NCBI GenBank assembly: GCA_964016885.1
Contig: OZ024745.1
Location: forward strand, 128,278,001-128,342,000
Direction of reading: 5' to 3'
Length of the DNA stretch: 64,000 nt
From: Eledone cirrhosa
Taxonomy: Eukaryota
The notes under the pieces were generated by a model, which was not told the origin of the DNA, searched no databases, and saw only the letters and a list, made by a program, of their open reading frames with translations. A program made the position numbers and the translations under genes. Below, one piece after another: positions 26,061-40,435 of the stretch (positions are counted from its first letter, which is position 1; the number at the start of each line of letters is the position of its first letter).

Positions 26061-26143
<83 letters not shown>

Positions 26144-27503
26144 CTATGTTATGCTGTATCCATGTAGTTCCCATCGAAATCGCCAGGTGTCAGCTAAGAT
26201 AAGATTACAATACTGTAACAGCAGACAAACTCAAAAGTGTATTGGTGCAAATAGTGAGTAAGGTGAGTAACAGTCAGTAACATTCTCCGGAATGAACTAC
26301 AATTAAACAAGAGAACTATGACAAGGTCAAGTTAGAAGGGGGGAAAGAGAGCAGGTAAGGTCTGGATGGACTTTCGTTGATTTAGGAAGAGAAGTAGAGA
26401 ATGTAAGGGTAGAGTAGATTTAAGTGCGGTAGTAAACAGAAAACATACAAAATCGAGGATGATAGCATATTATGCGAATATATATGTATCTGTGTGCGCG
26501 TATGTGTGAACGTCCGTGCGTGTATACGTTTGTGTGTGTACGTTTGTGTACGTGTGTCTATATATGGAGGTGAGATACTGTGAAATTGTGTATTGAACTT
26601 TCTTGCCTTCACACATTTGTGAACTGTCTGGGTTGGAACTTTCAGTTCAGTAACAAAATCCTCTTTTACATATCTACGCCATCTTTTATTTTGAGTATTG
26701 TTGTTTTTATTGTTGTTGTTGTTGTTATATGTTAGACTCATATTGTCCCTGATCGACCATCGTAGCATTTTCTGAGGGATTTAGCGATTATTTCTTGTAG
26801 GTCGATGGTCCACATAGAGGTCCCATCGTTGGCTCTTGTAGACTGTCAGTGAATGTAGTTTATTTTCAGTTTGTAGTGACATCAAGCTAGTTATTTTGTG
26901 CTCCTTGTAGTTTTCTGAGACTTCCTGTGGAGAAATCTGTCTCCAAGTTCGGAATTGCATGTATGATGGATCAGTTTTCGTTATGTCAGAGTGTTAATCA
27001 ATTAGTGTAGCTGTGATGTACTTTTAAGATGCTTGTGCATCGAATTGTTTTGATTTTATTTTTCATGTTTTCTATATGTACTGTGAATGTTTTGGAAGAG
27101 TTATAATTAATTCTTAGTTTTGTTTTCCTCCTTCCGTAATCTATTGTATAAAGCGACGAATTATGTTTAGAGCATTGGAATAAAAAATATCTCAGCATTT
27201 GTTCAAGCTTACTGCGTTCTTAATTCAAATCTCGTCGAGATTTAATTTGCCTTTCGTTATTTCAAGATCGATAAATAAAATACGGGTTTAATAATAGGAT
27301 CAGGATCGACGCTCTCACTATCTCTCGCTGTGTCTCTCTTTCTTTCTTTCTCATGAAGAAATCAGTTGGAGAGAGTGATGGTCTCCGGTGAGTTTTAAAT
27401 GCTCATGATGAGATGCTGTCTTAAAGAGATTTTTGATCAATCATATCGACCCGATACATATTTTATCGACCTCTTTTTATCGATCTGATAAGTTACAGAC
27501 CTT

Positions 27504-27953
<450 letters not shown>

Positions 27954-29619
27954 AATAGATATTTATATAACCCGAAATTATAAATAGAAAACACTTGCTC
28001 AATGGGTGTCGGAACAAAGAAAGATCTGGTTACGAAGAGCATTACATAACTATACAGCTGTACCTTACCTATCTAGAAATTCCTTTTTATTGTAGGATTT
28101 GGCTGCTATTTCTAGCTGTTAGAGCCAGCATATAGATGCTATATCATTCGCACTGCACTAAGTTACGCAACTCGATGTTTATTCTGCAATTTTGTGCTAT
28201 ACGTAATTAACAAAATAAAACACAAATAAAAAGTTACCCTGGATTCTTCAAATTGATTCAATTGTCAACACGATCAAAGCGTTAAAAATATGAAATTTTC
28301 ACAAGGTTGAACGTACGACTGAATTAATTGTTTGATGTATCAATACTAACTAAGTATCTTATCTATTGGGCAATGTTTTGAACTGAAAGTTGTTTTGAAA
28401 TCACAAACATATAAACTAACAGCAACAATTTTCAGTTTACAAATTTTTTTTTTCATTTTCTTCTGAAGTCGTTGACACAAAACAAGAGAACCAGTTCCAT
28501 AATGAATAAAATATTTTAGATATGTTTATATATGTATACTGACAAAAGGGTTGTCAAGTGCCCTGTATTGTGAAAAATGTTCAATTGTTTTTGTTGTTGT
28601 TGATGATGATGATAATGATGATGATGTTGTTGTTTTTGAAGTTGACAAACTGAATGCCAATTGCACCAAATTAAATAAACATATACACACTTGTGTATAC
28701 ACAATGTGTATATATATATAGAGAGAGAAGGTTGCGCATATTAAATCATCTACATGTTTTCATTGTTCAGTAAAAACTGTAGATTGACTTTTTCTTTTAT
28801 AGTTCTAAGAATTTATTGAAGGGAGAAAATTGGAAGTTTGTGATAGTGTGAGGAATTAAGGTATTAGTTGGTGAAAGAGATGATAGAGTAACCGGGGTGA
28901 TGGTTATGAGTGACATAGTGTGAAGAAACATGAAGGTACCACACTCATCTTTTCCCCTATCTCTCTCACTCTTGCTTCTATACTTTCTACACCTTTTCTT
29001 TTCTCTGCCTCTTTTCATTGTCTTCTTAACCCATCTAATATTCTACCACATTCTCCAAACCCCTCTCCCCCTTGCTGTTCTCCGTTTCTCATTAAAGACA
29101 ACAATATACATTTTGAATCCGTTCTATTCTGCCTACACAGACATCCTCACCTCAGCACTGTTAAGATTACTTCAGTTAAAGTTGTTGATTTTTATTTGTT
29201 ATGATGTTTGTTACCTTGTTCCTGCTGCTTTTGTTTGTTTGTTTGTTTTTGCTTTTGGCTGTTTGTTGTTATTTTTTTTTTTTTTTTTTTTTGTCATTAC
29301 TCTAATAGAATCAATACTGAGAAATATGCCAGGGCAGCATAAACAATATTTGCGATCACGTTAAGTCAGCATAAATATATATCATTCACATGCTTATTCT
29401 TGCTAATTTTGTTGCTGGTGCCGTTGCTTCTATGGAGTACTGATTAATTTTTCCTGTCATTCTTGTTGTTATAAAAACATTTCTGGCGCAGAATAGTGGT
29501 TAGAATAAAGGAAACGCAACAGTCAAAGGTAATTGAAAACTACTGTCTTTACTTTTGTGAAACAAGAAAATAAATGTGTTAGTCATCATATTAAAATTCA
29601 AGGGGTGTCATTTTCTGCA

Positions 29620-31000
29620 TTATAATCCACGGCATTTTCGCAATCACTTCCATGCAGATAAAACTGTTGAAAAGAAATTGTGTTTCCTCTATGAATACGT
29701 CTGGGTTGCAGCATGTACTTTCCACTGACATATTACTGCCGCTACAATAGTTTGTGGTATGTCTAGAACCTTCATGCTGCTAGATCGTGTGAAGATATGA
29801 TTGATTATTCTGATAATAACCACGTTTGAGGGGGTCACACAGCCGTTTCCACATCTCGATCGTTTTGTACCACACCCTCTCTGTATGCACACATGTTCAA
29901 TGTGCTGTTTGAGTACATCACAGTAGGAAATATTTTGCTGCTTTCAAACAGATGTCTGCAAAACAGAAGCGACCATAAATCAGAAATATTTCTTGTATGG
30001 GTGTCCTTTGTGCAATATATTAAGCATAAAAGCAGACCGATGCATCCTTCACCTCCTGAGTTAGGTTGCCTCCTTCTTTGAATTTCATCCGTGCTGAAAT
30101 GATTTTCCTGTCAACTTTCATGAATTCTTGAACCACTTAGTTTTGCTTACACCAGTGAATCTTCCAGCATTATCTGCCTTAAGTACGCATAAAATATGGC
30201 TGTTTCTGGCAAAATTCAGATTAGTTCCATCACTAAAGAAGCTGATACTAGACATTTCTTAGTGTAGAGCAGCCGAGTCGGAACCAAGACATCGGTATCT
30301 GGACTGAAGGATATTATCTGTACTTCTGGACAACGCTGAAATTCAGGTTGTTAGACATAACATAGTTTGTAGCAGCCGGAACCAAGACATTGAAAAAAAA
30401 AAAAAAAAAAAAGTTATCTTGACTGAAGGATATAATCTTTACTTCTGGACAGCGCTGTAATGCAGGTTGTTAGACATATCATAGTGTGTAACAACCTGGA
30501 CCAAGACATCGGTATCTCGACTACAGGACATTATCTGTACTTCAGAACTGCGCTGCAATGTAGCAGCCTTTTTATAGTTATTTTCAAACTGCATACCATG
30601 GATCCTTCCTAGTCAGACTGATGCTGTTATGATGATGTTGTGATGACTAACTTTAAGGAGTTTACTGAATACCCTGCACTTGCAGAATACTGCTTGTGCA
30701 GAGTATTCAGTTGAACCAGTTTTCATCTTTCCGTGAAATATGAAATATTCCATTGATATGTGATTCCTGTTTGTGTCGTCAAACATATGTTATGATAAGA
30801 GATCTGCTTGTTGCTTCCTTTTACTCTGCTGCTTCAATGAATCAGCTTTTGGGGTTTCAAATACCAGAATCTGCTGTCAACGCAAAAAGTATGTCTTTGA
30901 ATTGTTGCCCAATATCCCTAAACATAATTTCATGATTCTCAGGGGTTATGAAACATGTTTCATTGTTTTTTTCCCGCTTTGTACAAATTATATATGAGCT
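29620..31000 (-). mobile_element. Academ (AcademX) DNA transposon relic: XPG/PIN-like nuclease and Cys-rich C terminus
   Basis: Manual translation gives ordered motifs NNYKKAATL (~NHEEADT), FSPDTDVLV, ADNAGRFTGVSKTKWFK (~GCD..G.F.G.GK), ESSKIFPT/DVLKQHIEHVHTERVW (~LPPT..AL..H..RA...W) and VICQWK..TQTYS*RKHN..HGSDCEN (decayed Cys finger). The 5' boundary is uncertain. Confidence 0.72.
30255..30565. repeat. Three tandem ~100-bp units covering the SPDTDV motif
   Basis: ACCAAGACATCGGTATCT..GACT..AGGA.ATTATCTGTACTTC recurs at about 30284, 30380 (with a poly-A insert) and 30500. Confidence 0.85.
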
Positions 31001-31828
31001 TCGGCTAGTTAATACACAAATGATTGGATCCCTTTGAGAAAAACATGAGCTTAAAGTTCTTGACTTCAATCCCCTAATCGATGAAATGGTTTGTTCTGGT
31101 TAGAACCATTAACCAACCATAGAGATATTTCGTTTCCTTCATATCCAGCAAATAGTCTTGGACATTGAAACCTTGAGTCATGTTTCTTCGTTTGCCGAAT
31201 TATTCTGGGAAGAAATACCTGAGGTGCAGCTAATACCACACGTGCAACAGCTAGGCCTTCTGGCTGGGCATCAGGTTTCCTCAACAATGCACTACTCAAG
31301 TGTAGTTCTGTGATCTGTGGGTTTCTATTAAAAGTACACGTAACCAAATGTAGTCCCTGATCATACTGTGTCATTGTTTACATTCTGCTGTGACACTAAA
31401 TGTTATATTTTTCCTTCTGTTTAAACTCCGTAATCATGTGTTTGTTTCGTTTAAATATTTGAGGGCATGCCCGCCTGCTCTAGTAATAATGATAAATAGA
31501 AGAGCAATAAAAAATACATGAAACATGTTTGGAGTTGTCTCCCGTAATTGGCGAAAAGATTAAAATAATATTAGGCATTGACCTAGTGTTGTCTTTTGTT
31601 CACCACATAATTATTAATTGGATATATGAAGCTACCTACGTTAAATATGTCACAACTAACTGAACTATTGTCTTTCATTGGGGTGACGTATCTCAGTGAT
31701 TTAATATTTAAATTAAACAGAAGCTGTGAGAGGAGTTGTGTGAGGTAATGAGGAGTGAGAAAGTACCAAGATTAGATGAAATACATTGAGAGAGAGAGTG
31801 GGGGGGGAGAAAGAGTGTATGTGTGTGT

Positions 31829-31867
<39 letters not shown>

Positions 31868-31910
31868 GAATGGAGTGGGAGAGAGAAAGAGAGAAAGAGA
31901 GAAAGAGAGA

Positions 31911-31944
<34 letters not shown>

Positions 31945-32548
31945 GAGTGGAAGAGAGAAAGAGAGAAAGTGAGAAAGAAAGATTATGTGTTGCTATGAGA
32001 AGGGTTGTATTTAAACCAGAGTTGGCGGGTAAAGAGGTAAATTTAAAAGAGTCTGTCAGAGATACAGTGAAAGGAATAACAAGGAAGTAGAAGCTGTGAG
32101 AACCGCAATAGTGTGAGGTAAGGCAACGGAGAAATAGATGCTGGGAAGGAAATGATGATAGTGTGAAGAAACAAGGTGGTTGTTGAGATTGGGGTAATAC
32201 GAAGGAGGATGGAGGCAGCCAAGTGAAAGAAGCAGTGAAAATACACCAAGCCACTCATGGATACCGTTTCTGGGTGTGTCGTTAGTCTTTTGGTGTCTCT
32301 TGGTCTCAATAATTTCTTTATTTATATTTTTTCATTTTTATTTCTATCTAAACTAAATAGACCCCAGGCGCCGAAATGACCCGATTATAAAATATGATCA
32401 AATAAAAATAAATATTGATATAAAATATCTCTGTAGTGTGTTATGAAAATGGTGATAGAGATGGTGAGGGTGACGCCGATGGTAGGGGTGTAAGTGATGA
32501 TGACGAGAAGGAGGATGGAGGTGATAATGATGATGATGGTGATGATGT

Positions 32549-32604
<56 letters not shown>

Positions 32605-32771
32605 TTATTATTATTATTATTATTATTTCGTTATTTGCCACAAGGGAAACAGCAATACAAACAAATCCTTTAAATATACTTAGGTAAATAAAAATATATA
32701 TATATATATATATATATATTTATGTGATTGTATATATATTATATATATAAAAATATGTATATATGTGATTG

Positions 32772-32803
<32 letters not shown>

Positions 32804-33919
32804 TATATAGATAGATACATACGCACATACACATACATACATACATACATACATACATACATACATACATACATACATACTTTGAATGTAATATTCGTTT
32901 AACGTTCACAGTTTCAACGCAGGTTTTGACTGAAAAAAATATAGTCTAAGAAGTTATGCATATCAGCCCCTAGAGACGAAACAAGCTGCACAGCATCACC
33001 TGAGAGACACGAAATAACATATGCCGTATACCGAACGACCCTGCCACCGATTACACCAAAGTGGAGGAGACGAATTTGTTTCCATTATTTAAGCTGTAAC
33101 TTTCGGCCAGCTTTATATAAACAATTGAATTTCCAGAACCGTTGAGGGAATTATGATTTTTGAATATATGTTTGCTTAAAATTAATGGCTTCAACGTAGG
33201 TTTTTGACTACGACAAATAGTCCATTCTGATGGGTATATAGGCCCCTACAAACGACCGAAACTTGACAAGGTAAACTGAGGAAATTGAACTCACACCGGC
33301 AGTATACCATTATAAACATTTAGCTCATTCAATAATGGAGTCATAGACCATAGTAACACACTATTTTTCTGCCCGCTGTTATGAAATAAAGCGTTAGCTT
33401 GTTTGTTGTTTTTTCTATACTTGAATTTATTAAATAACAACTGTTATGTACATTTTAGAAGCATTAGATGATAGTAAACAATAAATAGAAATTTCACTAT
33501 TCTCATCTTTCTTTGTCTTATCAAGTGCGTGTGTGCTTAAATGTTCTCTCTATAAGTGGGTAGCAGTGCACGCGGTGCAGCAAGTTATAATATGAACTGG
33601 AAGGGTGGTAGAATAATGGGAGTGTTTAGATTGGGGAACAAAGTCATACGTCATTATACTAGTATACGTTCTTTTCGTTATTTGCTTTTACATAACTCTC
33701 TAAGAAATATAACCGTTCTTTCTAGCGTTTCATACGCACCACTAATTATCCCCTTATTTCGCATATTATTATTTTTAATTCACCTTTCTCAATAGTTCAT
33801 TCCATTTACAATCTGTTACTTTTGTATTTGCTTTCACATTTGATCTATAAACACTACGTATTCGTGATGATAATTTGTATGTATAAATTGGATGAGAACG
33901 TATTACTCTCGTGTCTAGG

Positions 33920-34215
33920 GGAAGGCGCGTGTCTTTGCGGTTAGGATATTCGGCTCACAATCGTAAGGTCGTGGGTTCGTTTCTCAGCGGCGCGTTGTGT
34001 CTTTGAGCAAAAACTTTATTTCAAATTGCTCCAGTCTACTTAGCTGGAAAAATGCAGTTGTACCTCTAATTTGAAGGGCCAGCCATGTCACATTTACGTT
34101 AAGAGTACGCGTGTCTGTGGAATGCTCAGCCAACTGCATGTTCCATTTACGAGCAGGCTGTTCCGTTGAATGAATCAACTGGAACACTCGTCGTCATAAC
34201 CGACGTGGTGCCAGT
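33920..34215 (+). mobile_element. tRNA-derived CORE-like SINE, family 2
   Basis: GGCGCGTG..GGTTAGG..CAATCGTAAGGTCGTGGGTTCG head followed by TGTGTCTTTGAGCAA..CTTTATTTC. Second copy at 59194. Confidence 0.75.
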
Positions 34216-35537
34216 TATAGCTACTTTTGAGTCTCGAATAATCGTAACCCCACCCACCCCCACGCACACACAGACACGCTAATTAATTTTTTAGATTTTT
34301 TCCGGCCCCACGCAACCCATTCTTTCCCCACCCACCCACCACTTACCTCGTCCCTTAACCCCATCGCGTATTAGATTTTGCTAATCTATCTCCGTCGAAA
34401 TTTTATTTTAAATGGTAACATCCTGTGACGATTAAAATTAATTTTCTTTAGACATCAAAAAACATTATACATGACATAAAACATGTATATTATTAGAAAT
34501 CGCACACGTTATAAAATAAATAGGATTAGTTGGGGTCTCAATATGTAAACTAAACGACTAATTCTGGCTTTTAAAAAAATCAAGAGAGGCAACCTAGAAA
34601 AATTACACCCCCCACCCCCACCCCAATTATTCGGGACCTTAGAGTTACTGAAACTGACTTTCTTTATAATAATTCTGTTTTTTTTGCAGTATCATTATAT
34701 AATCCTTTTAATTTTAATGATAGACACCGAGAACCTAAAATTATGTCAGATCAGATTAGTCTAAGAAAATGCTGAAATGATTTTCACCATGAACTCAGAC
34801 ATCAGCTTCCGTGCGATAGACATAATGTCACAAGTCAACAATCTGTGAACACAGAATAAGGACCTAATATAGAACATTTTTGTCTGTTTCCCTGCATTTA
34901 GCGAAGGACCGGCTGGCGTTATTAACGTGACTATAGACCTTATTCCAAATAAACCTGCCCCCACATACTGTTTTCCACTAATAAATAACGGATTTGTACG
35001 ATTCTTTAATGACTGATATGAAAGTCTTCCGGGAAAAGCTGTTGATAATAACCTCATTGAGCCTACAGTGCCCTCAAAAATACCATTGCTCATAGTACTC
35101 AGTCAACGCCCATAGTACCGCTGTGGAATTATTATTCGGAACGTTCTACAAATCATTCTACAACTACTGTCCCCAAAATATTAATACTAACAATAATATT
35201 CTGAGGGGGGTATAGTTAGTTATATCGATTATAACTTTTAGCTAGTATTTATGAGCCTCAAAAGGATGATAGACAAAGTTTACCTCAGCAGGAAATGTGT
35301 CTATCATAAGTTAGTAATGGGATGTAAATAGGTACCGCAAGGCACTCTGTGTAAATTATTCTACCATCCACCGTTCTTGATGATAATTGCTATTTCTAAG
35401 ATAGGGAAACATCACAAATTTTAGTCGACTTCTACAAGGAAATTATTAGAAATTAGAATTTGTTTCCGTATGCTGAGGCGTATGTGTATATGTGAATGCG
35501 TGTTTGTATATGCATATGCATACATTTATATGGGAAG

Positions 35538-35756
35538 AGAGAGAAGTAGTATGAGGTAGTCATAACAACAGTGGTAGCAGCACCCTGTTTTTGTTGCAAA
35601 GAGACAGGAGTAGTATGAGGTAGTCAACAACAGTTGTAGCAGCACTCTGTTCAGCAGACGTAAAGAGAGAGGAGTAGTATGAGGTGGTCATAACAACAGT
35701 GGTAGCAGCACCCTGTTTGGCAGACGTAAAGAGAGAGGAGTAGCATGAGGTGGTCA
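35538..35756. repeat. ~66-bp tandem repeat, about 3.3 copies
   Basis: GAGTAGTATGAGGT(A/G)GTCATAACAACAGTGGTAGCAGCAC recurs; GCAGACGTAAA at 35654 and 35720. Confidence 0.9.
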
Positions 35757-36761
35757 AACTTGTCCTCTTTCTTTAAGTGTTGTGACAGAATCGCAAAAAT
35801 GTATATATAGATTCTCCGTGTGTAGACAATTTAAGGAGACAACTGATATGTATACCATTAGAAAACAGTGAGAATAGAACATAAACACCGCAAGACTCAC
35901 TTAAACCTCGTATTAGAGTGCACACCTCCTAAAACGAACGCTAAAACGAGATAACTTCCCGCTTTTATGATAGTCGAGGCGGTCAAAAGATCAGAGAGAG
36001 CAGGAAATAAAACATGCTAAAGCTAGCATATTGCAGTAAACATTCCACACATTATTAACCAGTGCATGTTGGGTTGCACAGTGTGATTCTCAAGCATTCA
36101 GGGGAATGGAATATCCAGAGTGCTAAATATGTGTGTCAAACCCAGACGTTTGAACTGCTACCAACATGCCATTACTCTGTTCGATCAGAGCTGACACAGA
36201 CATAACAATGAGAACAATAACAAAAATATAAAAAAAAGCAATAACATATTCTAAATGGGAAACACGCTCTTCAGGTACTCTTTCCATTTCCTAAAGTAAA
36301 TAAACTGCATTCTTGAGTCGCGGGTAAATAGCCATTGACGTAGTTTGGCTCTTCAAACTGAAATTCTACAAACTTGAAATTTGCTTACACATTAGCAAAA
36401 CTTAAACGTTTGCACGTTTGATTTTCCTCTTTTGTTGCCTTTTCAAACACAAATATTGTTTTAGTTTTGCCAAAGCTACTTTTGAACACCAATATCCTTT
36501 CCATTAAACTTCTTTTAAGGCTCAAACAAACGTTAACAATAATTCTTTTTTCTTTTCTCCTTTTTTTTTATCAAAACTTTGAAAAGCTTCCAAATTCCCG
36601 ACATCGACAATTCAACCTTCATTTCTTCTTACATATTTTTGTTTTCTCTACTTTTTAAGAAATTATAGGCATTAAGAAATTTCGACATTTTCAATGTTAC
36701 GACTCAAACTGGTGAATGATTTATTTATATATTTGTTTATTTGCGTGCTTAGTATTATTAT

Positions 36762-36998
36762 TGGTGAATTGGCAGTATCGGTTGAGGGTTGGACGCCATG
36801 CTTTCTAGCATAGTTATCTCTCTTTACGGTCTGAGTTCAAATCCCGTCGAGGTTAACTTTGCCTTTCATCTTTACGGGGTCGATGCATTACTGGTACTTT
36901 ATTCTATTCATCCTTACGGGGGTCGATAGAATAAAGTACCAGTAATGCACTTGGTAATTGCTGGCCTTGTGCCTAAAGTAGAAACAATTATTATTATT
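36762..36998 (+). mobile_element. SINE family 1 with short internal rearrangement
   Basis: Central block duplicated, with an inverted TGCATTACTGGTACTTTATTCTAT segment. Confidence 0.85.
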
Positions 36999-37611
36999 AT
37001 AAGCGTCGGGTGATTCGGGATTGGTGGGATACCTGAGTCGCCCCTGGGTCGTCGACCCCCTCCCCCTATTGGGATTTTAATTTGTTATGTTTATGCATAG
37101 TTTATTTTATATTTTCATTGTTAAATTGATCTTGCCATTACTCTTTTACCTGTTTCAGCCATCCGGCTGAGGCCATGCTGGGGCACCGCCCTTTGTGCAC
37201 TTTTATTCGAGCTTATTGCAAACCCCCACAGTCCGTGTCTTTGTATTGTCCCCTACATATCGGCCCTTGTGACCAATAAATTAAATCATTATTTTATTTA
37301 TTTATTATTATTAATTTTTTTTTTTGTAACGGCTTTAAAAGCGGTAGTCAAAATATTAAGGTATGAAAATGTGTGCCCATATTTGCTACTACACAAATTT
37401 ATAGACAACATAATAAAGACTGACGTGTCAAAGATTCACTGAACACTCCCCAGCGTCACTGGCCCAAAGATATACTGTTTTTGTTTCCCTCACTACCACC
37501 TTTGAAATGGTTTCTGTTATTCATAATATCTGTGCTACCTCCACTCAGGTCTTCTTAATGCACCCACCTTTCGTTCATTCATCAGACCTACTGGTTCCAT
37601 TTCCTTTGCAA

Positions 37612-37820
37612 TGGCAGTATCGGTAGAGCGTGGGACAACATGCTTTGCAGCAGAGAGTTACGGCCCTTTGAGTTCTGAGTTCAAACCCCACCGACCTTAG
37701 CTTTGCCTTTCATCCTTGCGGGGTAGATAAAATAAAGTACCAGTAATGTACTGGGGTTGCTTTAATCGACTCTCCCCTCCCTAAAATGTGTTGTCCTTGC
37801 GCCTCAATCAGAAACCAATT
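37612..37820 (+). mobile_element. SINE family 1
   Basis: Match to family consensus. Confidence 0.88.
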
Positions 37821-38404
37821 TTAAACAATCTAAGGGATTACAATATTTTCACCCCTCCTCCCACTAATTTTGAGTTACTCCCATTCAGATATAATCGAGT
37901 CAACCGACGATGGGCATGCGCCTTTCAGCTGAAAGCATCAACATATTTCAGACATAGTGTATCTAGGATATATTATTTAATGTGTCTTTCGTTTAGTTTT
38001 CTTATTTTTTAGGACGGTTGACAATGATTTGGAGGATATTTAGCTGCTAACTCTAGCAGATCAAGTGACTACATAACATTTTCAGGATTAGCTTGATTGT
38101 ATTATAGTTATATAAAAGTTTCTCAGGAAAATGGGAAGCTGTATGGAGGCTGTTAGAACAGCAAGATACCGTCGAAGTGGCGTTGGGTAAAGTATTACCC
38201 CGAACGACGGAAGTGAAGATAGACCACAAACATTAAAATATGCTCTTCAGACCTCAACCCCCTGCAGTTTCGTTGAATTAATTCGCGTCACAGTTAATTT
38301 GTTTATATAAAAGTGTTTCACCTCAACACATACACTTGCCTTTTCTTTCTATATTCACCTTCTGTATCATTCTTATTTTAAGCTATTTATTAAACTCGAT
38401 GAAA

Positions 38405-38623
38405 TAATGATTTCTTATATAGGCACAAGGCCAGTAATTTGGGGGAGGGGGAAGTCGATTAAATCGACCTCTGTATGTCACTGGTACTTTATTTTATCGA
38501 CCCCGTGAGGATGAAAGGCAAAGTTAACCTCGGCGGGATTTGAACTCATACCGTAAAGGACCGTAACTCTATGCTGCAAAGCATGGTGTCCGACTCTCTA
38601 CCGATACTGCTAATCTACAGCCC
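38405..38623 (-). mobile_element. SINE family 1
   Basis: Reverse-complement match to family consensus. Confidence 0.9.
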
Positions 38624-39399
38624 TTGACTCGATGAAATAATAACAAAGAAAACTAAGAAATAGCAAAATTATTGAAGGATAGTAATGTTGTATGTAATGC
38701 ATTAATTTATTTTCTAATTCTCATTGTTCTTTGCTTAAAATAAGTTTGAGTTGCTAATATTTGTGCTAATCTCTGACTAAGCTTCTACATGTAAACACAC
38801 TAATGTGTGATGAAATAAATGAACAGGAGACAAATTTATCATACTAAACATAACAAAGAATACAAACAAAAACATTAACTTAAGATATATAGTTCCGGTC
38901 TGAATGACAGAAAGTTAGCCTCTGGCTGATTATCAAAATATAGCTCAGGGCTAAATGACACCGAGCATGATGAAATATTGTGCTTTGGAACAAAAAGACA
39001 TTGCCGAATTCAAGGTAAAAATAAACAAAGCCTGTAGAGATCATGTTCAGAACCACAAGTACTTATTTTATGTTTCTTTTGTTGTTATACAGAAGTTATA
39101 CTGTTTTATATCAATTAACGATGTAAGATGACAAAGCATAAGAGCGTAAACGAAACAACACGAATGAAATTCTGAAAGAAACTAATGCTATACAAAACAT
39201 CAATCATTGCCAACAATAGAAAGAAATAAAAAGATTATCCACCAGTCTAGGATTTAAGAGTAAGGCCAGTATGTAACGCTGATGTCAGAATTGTAGTTAA
39301 ATCGTTTCAATATATGTATAATGACATCTGGAGGGTCAAATTTATGGCAACCTATCAGAACAGTATTGGAAGACAGGCCAGGTCCGTCATGGGTGTTCT

Positions 39400-40170
39400 T
39401 TCTCATTTCTCTTCTAAATTCAGGTTCGTCAACCATTGCTGCATAATCTAGAGATGTTTAGTGGTGGCATCTTCAAACTGAGGCACCAGAGAGGTGGTTG
39501 AACCTATGCAGATGACGTCCCTGTTATTTTGTTACGGCTACAACGGAAAACTAGGTAGTCAGCACCATTTTGAATGAGTATGTGGTGGTAATAAGGAAAC
39601 ACATTAACCAGTGCAATTTGGTTTCGTTCCAGCAACGTCTGACGTACGTTGTCTAGCGTCATTTGATGACTTGACCGAGAGTCTTGTTATGATGCTTTGA
39701 TATCTGTTTCAGTTTTAGGTGGAAAGGAACCGAGATGTTACGAACAGTGTGGTCAATCTCACCAAGAAATTAGCTGAGGAGAAGCTATGTATGAAAGGTC
39801 GGCTAGATTAAGCCAATGTATAAATCGTCTCTGTTTTATTCAGCGGAGATCAGCAAGTTTTGAACTGCCTTAATTTTACTTTGATTAGACGATAACGTGT
39901 TGGGCACGTCAGAAATTGAAGTTGTCCCCATATTGGAAAATTGTTGGAGGTTAAATAGCACACGTTGGTAGCTTGCAACTTGGAAGCTGGGAAGGGAATT
40001 TCAAGTCAGACGACGGTTTCTATGGCTGGGTATAGGGTCGGGTTATATTGCTTGAATTCTGGTTTAAGCCAGAATCTGAAGTTGAAAACAACTAGGAAGA
40101 CGTTTTGAGCAAAGTGGTTAATCTCACCTAAAAATGGAATGAAAATACTGGTGCATGTTTTTAAAGTCTC

Positions 40171-40218
<48 letters not shown>

Positions 40219-40310
40219 TGTGTGTAGTGTACCAACGTCTGACCGTCATTCAGATTGGGTCTTCTTTTTCTTCTTATGGAAGATGCAGGTTCCGTTCACT
40301 AACTTTGAGT
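39400..40310 (+). pseudogene. Decayed Tx1/L1-clade reverse transcriptase relic
   Basis: TYADDV (about 39503-39520), EYVVVIRKHINQ (~YE..TGAKIN), KLCMKGRLD*ANV*IVSV (~LSLKGRA..N) and FFFLWK..VP, in the expected order. Confidence 0.6.
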
Positions 40311-40435
40311 TCACAACTGGAAAAAAGCATTTGACGGGATAATACGTTTGTGTTGGTATTTTGCCGTTTTATATTGGTATTGCAACTTGTTATCTATTAA
40401 TGTCAGTTTTTGTCTTTTATTTTTTCCGTTACTGA

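Noticed and set aside
31066-31374. 102-aa ORF as an independent gene
   Set aside because: No recognisable motif; adjacent to and on the same strand as the Academ relic, so probably part of it.
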